A stretch of DNA of 64,000 nucleotides from Gnetum montanum. Its lineage: Eukaryota; Plantae; Gnetophyta. The position numbers were made by a program, and so were the translations under genes. The stretch spans positions 110,341-174,340 of the forward strand of contig MNCI01000270.1 in the NCBI GenBank assembly GCA_015680685.1. The letters run 5' to 3'. The notes beneath the pieces were generated by a model. That model worked only from the letters and a program-made list of their open reading frames with translations. It ran no database searches and was not told where the DNA came from. Below, piece by piece: positions 38,901-49,760 of this stretch; position 1 is the stretch's first letter, and each line of letters starts with the position of its first letter.

Positions 38901-41900
38901 TTAAATCTAATCCCAAGATAATATAAATACAAGGAGTGATGGCTAAAGTTACCGAGTTAGAATAAATTACCCTCATGCATAGCATTTAAACCCAATTTGG
39001 AATGATGAGTAGTAGTAACCCTATGTAATCTAGTCCTCTACCTTTACCAACTTTCCCAATGACCAATTCTATGTTTCAAACTCCTCTCTCCCTTCAACTG
39101 ACTCAATCTTTAAACAATTATTTTTTAAGTTCAACGTCTTCTTCATTTCTACCACCTAACACTAGTTTAAATGATGACTAATTGAAAGCCTTAATTCAAT
39201 CTATCATAAACCAAAATGGTATATCTAATCTTGTTGGACCTAAAACTCAAACTTAAAATTAGATGACCCAAATATTAACTTCACTTCAAAAAATTTCCAA
39301 TGAAGTAGTTGAATTAAAGCAAAACAACAAGAAGGTTCCTATACAATCTAAAAAGCCAAGTACATCAATCAATGATGATTATTTTCATCTTCATAATACT
39401 AGGCAATATTCATAGAAGACTTGTCCTCAATTTTTAGCATTATATGGTGACAATGCCCAAGGTCAACAAAATGGAAAAACCCTAATTATGGTCTTGGACA
39501 TACCTCATTAAACCTAGAACGAAGAAGTTCCCTCATTAGAACAAGTTATGATAAGTGGTCCCAACCCACAGAACACTCACTACCGTAGACTTAGTGCTAT
39601 TATGAACACCACACAACAAAAAATAGGAATGATCCTTATACTCATCCAAGCAGAAGAGCTCCTAGTCAAAATAATAGAAATAATCAAATCGGACCATCCC
39701 AAGCAACCGCCCCACAACAACCAAACCCCTCCTCTATACTTAGAAGAACACCACCTCAATAACAAGCCAAAAAGGAATATAATACTTCCAATTTAGTTGA
39801 GGATTTGAAAAGAGTTAAAGCCAATATTTTAATGTATGATCTTCTACATTTTAATGAAATGAAAGATGCAATTCAAAAGATAATTCATACATCTTGCACC
39901 AATAAAGAAAAATCTCCAAGAACTGAAAGGCAAGTTCATTTTGTAAAAAGTCCTAACATGTTATCAATACAAAATGCAAGTAATTCCATGTCAAACACGA
40001 AAGAGCAACCTCCTTTCTTGACAACTTTGATAATTTTAGGAAAGTATGTTCACAATTTTTTAATGGATTTTGAAGCAACTGTTATTGTCATGCCACTTCA
40101 GGTATGTAAAACATAAGTACAGATGTTACCACTAGCAAGAAGTGTGATACAACTCAATGGATCTGATGTACCTATGGTAGAGTCATTAAAGGGAGTAAAA
40201 GTACAACTTAAATAATGCCCTACTTTTACATGTTATACAGATATTTTAGTAGTCGATATGTCATCCACTTATGGTGTGCTTTTCTCTAGGACTTTTGGAG
40301 CCAACTTTGGGGGCTTCTTTAGTTCAAATTTCTTAGAATTATTAATTCCTATTAAAGGAAAATCCAAATATATAGTAATCTTTATATTGGAGTTATTGAA
40401 GTTGGGCTTGGCAAACATGTTATAAATGACCATGAGAGTGAGCTGTTAGGAATAAATACTTTTGCTTTTAGTGAATGTGAAGAAATTTATGAAGATGCCT
40501 TGCCTTATTATCAACATGATGGAAAAACATGTCTTTTGGATGACTTGCTACCATTTGAAGAGGATAAAGATATAAATGAGATCCTAATAATTAAAACACT
40601 AAAAGATGTGCTAGATTTTGAGGACATATCCATTGAACATATTCCTAGGAAAGAAAATTATGTTCCTGATTTATTGGCTTGAATGGCCACTACTTTAGAT
40701 GCCCCTCGTAGACACAATGCTTGGGATTCTGAAAGAATTATCGAAAAGGTTAACTTCTATTCTATTCTAGATAATATCTTTCCTTTCCAAGTTTTGATGA
40801 TAATAATCACATTCATGTATCTTTATTTTCCAAGTTTGAACTTAGTGATTGATGTTTTAAAGTTTCTTAAATTACTAAAGAAGCTATGTCAAATGATGTC
40901 ATATTTTTTAAATTTAGTCCCCATTAGAGAACAAACAAGTGAATTGCAATTATGTATTGATTTTCATAATCTCGATCATTGACAAATTGTTAAAAGATGA
41001 TTTGACAAGTGATATGCAGGCAAAGTCTTTAAAATAGAAGATTTAGTCCTTAAGAGAGATAGAACATTTGGTCAAACAGATCCTCAAAGTAATTTTTCTT
41101 CTATGTGGTTAGGCCCATTCCAAGTTATAGATGTCATTGGCCCAAATGTTTACAAAATTGCTAATTTGCAAGGATATAAGTTACATAGAAATTTTAATGC
41201 ATTTCATCTGAAGCATTTCTACTCAGATGCCCCATGTGAACACTTGGTAGATCCTTATTTGCATGTTTTCTTCCCCTTCACCATGCATTTCATTTGTATA
41301 TAGTTGCATTTGAATATTTTTTTTTTTTTGCATTTCCATCATTTCTTTCTTAGCATAATGGCTTTGGTTTGATTTTTGCTTTTCATATGATTTTAGTAAT
41401 CATTATGGTCATTTGAGTTACTAGGTGTTGGATCATAATAACACCATTAGAAAATAATGCAAGTATAATAATTTATATGATATATCATATTACTATTATA
41501 TAAAATCTCCTTTATATGATATATTATAATAATGCTATGATTCTTCCCAATTTATTTCAAGGTTTTAGTTTTATTAGTTATGTTGGATTATGAAGGATGG
41601 GATTTATACTAACTTATATGTAATCATCATGATCATGTGAGTGTAGGATATTTGACATTGGAGAATGGTTAGCCACAATTACTAAAGTGTGATGACCTAT
41701 GGCTATCCTATGAGCAATAGGGTGAAGTGTGTTTATCTTCACTTGAAAACTCTTAGCCACCCAGGAGACCTACTATGATGCCATCTAGATTCTAATTAAA
41801 GGCACATACACGAGGGTTGAACTGCACCATGGGCAAAGTTTCTAAAGGACCATGTTCTTTGGCAGTGCAGCTAATCAGCTAAACTCGTGTTGGAATTCCT

Positions 41901-42243
41901 ACCTTAAGAATGACGTACATTATGAGCAAAATTTCCTAAAAAGAAAAAGAGACAAAAGAAAAAATGAAGACAATGTTCAGTGGTAGTGTAATAAGTTCTT
42001 GAGTGTAATGGGATTTGGCAGTAATCAAAACTCTAGCCTCCATTTCCCTTTTAAACCTATTTCCCCAAGATTCAAAAAAAGAAAAAAAGAAGAAGAAAAG
42101 AGTCCTAAGGGAAAATTTGAAAACTATGGCTAGCTATGATCTAAGATAAGCTTGTCCTCTTCATTAAGTTTGGCATAAGTCTCATGCTCACACTAGTCCA
42201 CATACTTTTACCTTTATCTTGTGAGAAGATTGGGAATAAGATC

Positions 42244-42279
<36 letters not shown>

Positions 42280-42922
42280 GAATAATTGATTTATAAATAG
42301 TATATGTTTTAATATTAATTAAATAAGATGGTGTGGTAAGGGTGGTCCATGTTTAGTTCTTTCTTGATTATATGGTCATTTTAATCATGCTTTGGTAGGT
42401 ATAGTTACTTTCAAATTCTATTCATCTATGTTTTATGATTTGTTCGATCCTTTATCTTTTGCATCCCCTTTAAAAGTTTCTATAGCTTTGCTGTTCCTTG
42501 CATTTGTATGCAATTTATAGTTTGGAGGTTAAGTGTTGATACCAACATCTCCCATGCTATCACACAGGGCCATGAATTTTAAGTTTTAATACCATGAAAA
42601 TGTCAAGATCCATCACATATAATCATCTGCATTGTTTATACTAGTATTTCAAAGGCCTTCCTTGGAAAGATAAACATGAGAACCTAGTGATTATTTGCAA
42701 CAAACCTACTTTGATGATCTAAAAATGATTCATAACATAATTAAGAATGAGAACAATATTTCTTCAAGTTTTCAAGGTCTAATTTACTGGTATAGGGAAC
42801 ATTATTGGCAGTAACTACTAAATTAGCAATTCTGACTCCCAAACTAATCTAAATTAATAAATTAGTTACAGCTTGGAAACCTATACGTTTTATTCTTAGA
42901 ATGAGAAACTCTTGGATAATAC
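35939..42922 (+). mobile_element. Tat/Ogre-like Ty3/gypsy element T1, non-autonomous, 3' LTR truncated
   Basis: 5' LTR 35939-37722 (TGTTGAT...ATCAACA), PBS-like TGGTGCTAGAAGGAG at 37729; gag (DIACRVFVTTF...W...SIDSWKEF), protease HNFLMDFEAT, RNase H tail IEHIPRKENYVPDLLA, integrase tail WLGPFQV; 3' LTR 42534-42922 matches only the first ~390 bp. Confidence 0.88.
42249..42275. repeat. (TA)n microsatellite
   Basis: Directly visible. Confidence 0.95.
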
Positions 42923-43010
42923 GATGTTCTTACAACATAGATGATGGTTGTGGAGAAAGTTAAATAAAAAATTAGCTCCTTCTCTAACTCTCTCTACACA
43001 GTGATATAGT
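42923..43010 (+). pseudogene. Chaperonin-60 alpha C-terminal fragment (part 2, resumes after T1)
   Basis: TGTTCTTACAACAT (frameshifted CALQN-like) then MVVEKVK*KLAP, like the VVEKPKPK tail. Confidence 0.65.
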
Positions 43011-43049
43011 GTGTGCATGAGGATAATAGTAAACAAAAATCTCTAATTT

Positions 43050-43450
43050 TTATGCCAAACTATCCTGTGTAGATTAATGTAATAATTTATGATTGGGATA
43101 TTGTTTGTAAAGCACAATTCTTGGATTAGTTAATATCACTGTTGAAAAGGAAGGTCATGTTAAAGTTGAGTGGTATGCATTGGATAGCTCTTTAGGCTAG
43201 GTCTATATTCAAACAAGTACAATATATGTTTCGATTAACCCTTCTCTACCAACAATATTTGAGTTGTTACTAGAAGAAGTTGTTAAGCACCATTATTCAT
43301 GCATGTTGGAGAGATCTTTTCTATACCATAGTCACATGTATGTGTCTAGATAGAATATATGCTTTCATTCAAATGTTTTTGTAAAGTAGCTAAAGGTGGT
43401 ACTACTATTTGAAGATATTAAAGAGATCAAGAAAAAGTTAGCATGACATT
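43050..43450 (+). pseudogene. Captured C2 plus GRAM fragment of a BAGP1-like protein
   Basis: PV*INVIIYDWDIVCK..ILGLVNITVEKEG...WYALDSSLG*V and [40 protein letters not shown]. Confidence 0.88.
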
Positions 43451-43967
43451 TATTTTACCTAGAATTACAATGATTCTAACAATTTTGACCAATGATGCAT
43501 GTATATGCTGGTTAAATGATGATGTAGCTATTGATGAAGGTGCCTACATCAATGAAGGCTTCTTGGTGTGAAATTAAAGGACATGCTTGATAGTCTACAA
43601 GATTTTTCATCTATTGGTTTTTGGTGGTTTCTTGGTCACTGCTCGCTCAAAGATCTGTGAGTTACATGGATTCCTCATTAACACATGTTGGAAATGGAGC
43701 CACTAGTGCTCACAACATAGTGCTACCAGTCTCCACCAGTGAGTGGGGAGCTACTGCCACTACAAGTCCATGAATAGAAACATGTGTGACCTATATGCAT
43801 GAACATAGAGCATCCAAGAATCATCTCCAATGATGATGATAATGGATGCAAAGCTGATGCAACAAAGTAATGAACAAACATGCTAAATGATGACTAGAGA
43901 GCCTCCACTAGAAAAGTCAAGGAGCAATAGTACAATTTTTCCATTTGGCTATGGTGCAAGAGGATGT

Positions 43968-46009
43968 TGTTGATGCATAAATTTTGGACACATCAACACT
44001 TGAAAAACTTGTTTAGGAAGACTATAGCCTAGGGTGCCTCCTATGTGGATATAGAATCCAAGAATAGTCTTTGCTAGTAGGGCAATGCGACATATAAAGA
44101 TGCTAGTAAGTTAAACAATTTTAACAAGGAAATATAAAAGGTATTTCAAGATAATTTTGACTGAAAGACAACCATTTTCTTTTAAATTTTCAACAATAAA
44201 ACTTATGTATCAATAAAACATGAAATTAAAGCAGAAAATAGCTAATAGCTTAGATTGGATTAATTTGAGTTTTGAAGTAAAATGAGTTTTGTGTTTACTC
44301 CACAACACAAACATCATAGTTCAATTATAGAAATAGAAAATGATAGAATGAAATGATGACTTAGCTTAAAATGAGCACAAATGGAATGACATCTAGTGCA
44401 ACCTTGCCTACTAGTGCTTACAAGAAGCACACCTCTTCTAACAAGCTTGCCACCTCTGACCGTTAAATCTACTCGTTGCTCTACCTCGAACTACCTCTGG
44501 GAGAGCCATTGAATAAGCAACAAAAGTAAGAGAGAACCTTAGGATTTTCCACCATGACTTCACTTAGAGAAAACCCCCACCACCATAGCTAGTTTTCTTT
44601 CTTCTTCATCATAGCTAGCTTTTTGCTTCCTCTATTGTAGCTAGCTTTCTACATTTTCTATGTCCTCTTTCCTTGCCAAGGAATTTATAAGGACTAGTCT
44701 AGCACATGAGGAGCCACCACGTGTGCATAATGCCCATGGCAATTACTACCCATGCGTAGTGTTCATTGTAACGTCCACTACCACCAACTGCACATAACGT
44801 CCATTGTAACATCCATCGATCACGTGATAAAGAAATGTGTAGCTCCCACCATCCATGTGCAAGTAATGGTTGCAGGAATGTGTAGTGGTGAAAATGAGAT
44901 GGAACCACACCCCAGCTCCTGCTCAATGGGTGGCTACATGGACTTGGCACAGCAGAAACATGCTTCTGCAAAAATATGCAACAACAGGAGAGAATTTTAT
45001 CGGAAACAGAAACTTTTGTTTCCATGGGAGAATAAAAACTGCAATGCCATCTCATGTTCTATTTCCATTGGAACCTATCTTGTTTCCATGGGAGAATAAA
45101 AACTGCAGAAGTGTCCTCTACCCACCACACTGCATATAAAAAGCCACCTCACAACTGCTCGCATCACCACCATTTTCATTGGAGTCACAAAGGAGGCTTC
45201 AGAAGATTCCCTACAAAATTTCGTTACAATTCTTGGCATCTCTGCCATGTCAAAATTGACCAAGCATGCCTCTATTCATGGTGATGATGGACAAGGAAAG
45301 GTGTAGATTTCTTGCAACTTCCATTTCTATTCTGTATCATTTGTAGATAATCCATAAATGGATCATGTGATTTTAAATTGTGTAGGGAAATAGAAATTGC
45401 AACTAAACTTTCATTGCTATGGTAGGTAATGTTTGCATGTATGTGGAAGGTGGGAAAACTTGCTAAGGAAAAGTGGTAGGGATGACCACCATAAATGGGT
45501 AGCACTGGTTAGAAACCAAGAAACTCCCTGGAAGCTAAATAATCGATAATTGTCAGTAGGGAGATGGTACCATAGCTGGTATTTGAGAATATCAAATTTC
45601 AATCACTTCACACCCTAACTCCTTTGTTTTTTTTGTTAAATTTTTGTTTTATTTTTTTTATTAATAAGGGATAATGATAGGTTGCATAAGTGATAATCTC
45701 ATTGGCTTGTTAGGTAAAGGTTGGTACATAAAGTCACACTGAAGTTATCATTAAACTCCTTTGTAAGATCTTTAAATTCTCTAAGTCTAACTATGATTGT
45801 CAAACCAAAGAATGACTATAGATATACTTTATGATGTATGGCCAACATGATAATTATTGAGAAATAGAGCAATTTCTAAATTGTGACTCAAACTTGCAAC
45901 CAATTTCATTACAAGATAATGAGCTAAAACCATAGGATTTTTAACTATCAATGGACTAAAACTTATTTAATCAAGGCCCCGTGCTACAATCGGAGTGTTG
46001 GCACCAACA
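43968..46009 (-). mobile_element. Solo LTR T2, related to the T1 LTR
   Basis: 43968-44095 is the reverse complement of the T1 LTR 3' end; ~45940-46009 resembles the reverse complement of its 5' end; flanks GATGT/AATAC do not form a TSD. Confidence 0.78.
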
Positions 46010-47162
46010 AATACAAAGTAGGATTTTCTAACTACATAGGTAAAAAAATACAGTGGTGATTTTGGACTTGTATGTTAGATGCTTTGTTTTAAAGAAATTT
46101 TTTTTATGAAAAGAAATGTATGGAATGATTATTTAACATCCTATATAAATGGGACATTTTTCTAATTTACCTTAAATTCTTATAGAAGTTATAATGGGAC
46201 ATTTGTCTAATTTACCTTAAATTTGTATAGTAATTATAACTTTCCTTGGTGATTATAATCAAAACCTCATAATGTTTGTAATCCACCCTAGGTTTTTATG
46301 ATGATTGTAACTACCCTAAAGTTACTATAAAAAGAACTTCAAGGGTAGAATCGTTCGGTTGTGGGTTGGGGGGGTTGAGAAGGGGGTATGTATGCGCGCA
46401 CGCATGGTAATTAATAGAAGAAAAATTGAAGTTGTAAAGCATGGTTTGCCAAAGGCATTAATTTAGTTGCTTTGTTTTAATCCTATGAGTTCTTTTTTTC
46501 TCATTTTGTCTTTAGTTGCTTAGCTAATGGTTTAGATAGTATCATGCTTGGCATTTAATTTTGAGATTTTCTAATTGCTTTTATAGCTCTATTTTTTGTG
46601 CAATACTAGACTTCTATTAGGTTTGCCATATAAGAGCTTATGTTGTCTTAGAAAAGCATCTTGAGCAATTTAATAGCAACGTCTTTATGAAATTTCCTAT
46701 TTGAGTCTAGAGTATCTAGAAAAATCTTTGATACTTTGAGATGACTTGAAATAGCTTCAATTTTTAAGGTCTTTTCCTTGATGTTTCAATCTTAAAATTG
46801 TTAAATCATTTTTGATAGCTCTATTATTTTCAATTCTTAATAACTATTAACTAGTCAAATAAAAGCTTGTACTTTTCATTTACAAAGCATTTTGGTAGTT
46901 TAATAAGAGTGTCTTTTATGAAATTGGTTGTTGAGCTGAGAGGGTTTGGACAATTTGTAATACTTAGATTGAATTGGAATAACTTTATTATGAAGTGTTT
47001 CCTCATGTTCAATTTATCTCACTTAAATGTTTGAGATGTCACAAAAATTTGCTTTCTTTTCTTTTTTCTTTCTAAAATCCATTGAATCTCGCTCTATTTC
47101 TAGTTTTCTTGTGGATCTTTATCTTTTGGGGAAATTAGGAGTAGATTTATCCTAAACCCCTA

Positions 47163-48314
47163 TGTTGACCTTTCGGTATGCCAAAACCTTAAGGAAAATG
47201 GAGAACAAAGAATGTCTGTTGTGGATGATGTGTTTATAGGACATGAACAAGAACTACACATTAGGACTAAGGACTTAAGAAAATCAAATCTACAATAAGA
47301 TGTGAAAACGAAGACTACATAGGCAACATGAGAGCATGTATAAGTATGGATGAAAACAAAGATTACAAGCCAAATGAGAATTCTTCAAGGATTGGGAAGA
47401 AGCCAAATTGACGAGAGAATGCCTCAAGAACCAGAGTTTAATGAGTTGAGGAGATGTGGAGATGTCTCTAAGAAACAATAGATGTTTCAACTGAGAAGAG
47501 TGAAATTATAGGAAGACACCTTCAAGAAATAGTAAATGCATCCTTTGTAGAGTAGACATCTCCCAAGATATGTTCCATTCTACAAGGAGACATCTCTCTA
47601 GAATTGAGGTAGATCTTAGATAGACATCCTAACTTTATAGGAGACATCTACACTAGCAGTTGGGTAGCTATTGCATGAATTTTGAGTCATTTTTGGAAAC
47701 TATGGAGCTATAAGAAGACATCAAATTCTTGGGAATTCTGTAAGAAGTATCAACTTCAAAGCAATCATTGTTTATTTTATGCTGTTGTACTTTCATACTT
47801 CATTGTAACATTATTTGCTTGATTTTTTGTAGTACTGTGCTTCAAAGTACAAGGACTTGTAATTTGAGATACACTCTTTCCTTGTTTTCTTTTCTAGTTC
47901 TTTGTAGCCTTGCAGGGTTGATGTGCTTCTTATGAGAAGGCATCCATATTGAGCTTTTTGGGATCGTACGGGATTAAGTGGTTTTGCAGTGGTAAAACAC
48001 TACGAAGCAAAGCTTAATTTTATAAAGGTTGTGGGATCCTCTAAACCACATTTTGAGCTTGTTGAAACCTTGTGGGGTTGAGGGATTTCGCAACAACAAA
48101 ACTCTCTGTAGTAGAGCTCAAATCTTGTAAAGGTTATGATGTCCTCTAAACCACATTTTGGAAGAAACTAGGTCCAGAGGTATGCAAGGAATCTACCCTC
48201 CAAGTGTAGACTACCCAAGTTGGGGAACCATGTAACTTTGGTGTGTTTTTTGTGACACATTTGACTTCCACTTGTGAAACTTATTCAACCCCCCTTCTAA
48301 ATTCTCGATCCTCA
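47163..48314 (+). mobile_element. Sirevirus-like (copia) solo LTR
   Basis: TGTTGACC...CCTCA, TSD CCCTA/TCCTA, C-rich TTATTCAACCCCCCTTCTA motif ~15-35 bp from the 3' end, as in Sirevirus U5. Confidence 0.75.
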
Positions 48315-49760
48315 TCCTAAAGACTATAAAAATCTAAACATTAAATCCTAAGAACCATAAACAATAAACCCAAATCCTCAAATACCCTAAATCCTAAAAC
48401 TTAAACCCTAAAACATAATCCCTAAACCTTAAAAAACCATTACCCCTTATATCCTATACCATAAATTCCTAACCTTTAAAACCCCAAACCCTAAATCCTA
48501 AAATCCTAAACACTAAAAACTATAGTCCGTATACCCTAAAAATCCTAAAATCATAAAACATAAAAATCCTAAACACGAAAACACTTTAAACCCTACATAC
48601 TAAAACATAATCCTAAAAAATTCATAAATCATAAATCCTAAAACATAATCCGTAAATCCTTAACACTATACCTTATACCCTAAAAATCCTAGATCCTAGA
48701 TCCTAAAACCCCTAAACATTAAAGCCTAAAATCTAAACCATAAATGCTAAAATCCTAAATACTAAAAATCCTAAACCCTAAACCCTAAAATCAATACATC
48801 CTAAACCCTAAAAAGCATAAATCCTAAATAGAAAACTCTAAACTTTGCACCTTAAAAACCTTAAACCATAAATCCCAAACCATAAACCATAAATCCTATA
48901 AACCTCAAATCCTAAGCTCTAAAACCTTAAACACTAAAAAACCTCAAACCTATATCATTAAAACTATACATCCTATACCCTAAAATATTAAATACCAAAT
49001 ACTAAACACTAAACTCTAAAAACCATAAAACCTAAACACTAAAAATTATAAACCCCAAACACTCAAAAACTAAAAACCCTAAATCATAAGCCTAAAACCT
49101 AAATCCTAGAAGCCCTAAATCCTAATTCCTAATTCCTAAACCCTAAACCATATACGATAAACCCTAAAATCCCCAAATCCTAAACCCTAAAAATATAAGC
49201 CCTAAACCTTAAAAACCTGAAATCCTAAATAATAAATCCCAAACCAAAAACCCTAATCCAAAAATCCTAAAAACCATAAATTCTAAACCCTAAAATCATA
49301 TATCCTAATCACTAAAACATCCTAGAACCAAAACCTTAAAAACTCTAAACCCTTAAAATCATAAACCTCAAAATCCTAAATCTTAAAGCTTAAAACATCC
49401 TTAACCCTAAATCCTAAATCACTAAATATAAAAAACCTTATACATTAAACCTTAAAAGCTAGACATCTTGAATCCTAAATACATTAAATCCTTAAGGCTC
49501 AACCCTAAACTCTAAACCTTAAAACCTAATCCTAAATCCCAAAAAACGCTAAAATTGAAACTCTAAATCGAAAATTCAAAATCCTAAATACTAAACCCTA
49601 AACCCCTAAACACTATAAAATCCAAAATCCTAAACCCTAAAAACCATAAATCCTAAACCATAAATACCAAACCCTAAACCCTCATCCTTAAAAATCCTAA
49701 TCATAAATCATAAAACCCCTAAAACCAAAGCACTAAATCCTAAAAATCCTAAACATAAAA
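48315..49760 (+). repeat. Degenerate telomere-like (CCCTAAA/TCCTAAA/CCATAAA) array; also 47149-47162
   Basis: ~1.45 kb of 7-9-nt variants, C-rich strand on plus. Confidence 0.9.

Larger units (their letters stand above)
23641..47148 (+). mobile_element. Giant LTR-like unit G3 with multi-gene cargo and nested A2, T1, T2; 3' end truncated
   Basis: Starts TGTTGGTACATTTTAGCCATTTCATGGA (same tip as G1); family 3' block at ~46200-47148 stops ~330 bp short of the terminus, so no TSD can be tested and continuity across the nested inserts is inferred. Confidence 0.65.

Noticed and set aside
44699-45284. Cluster of overlapping 60-118-aa ORFs
   Set aside because: Low-complexity frames within solo LTR T2; no domain recognised
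42918-46014. AATAC at both 42918 and 46010 as a possible TSD
   Set aside because: Sequence after 46014 does not resume the T1 LTR; treated as coincidence
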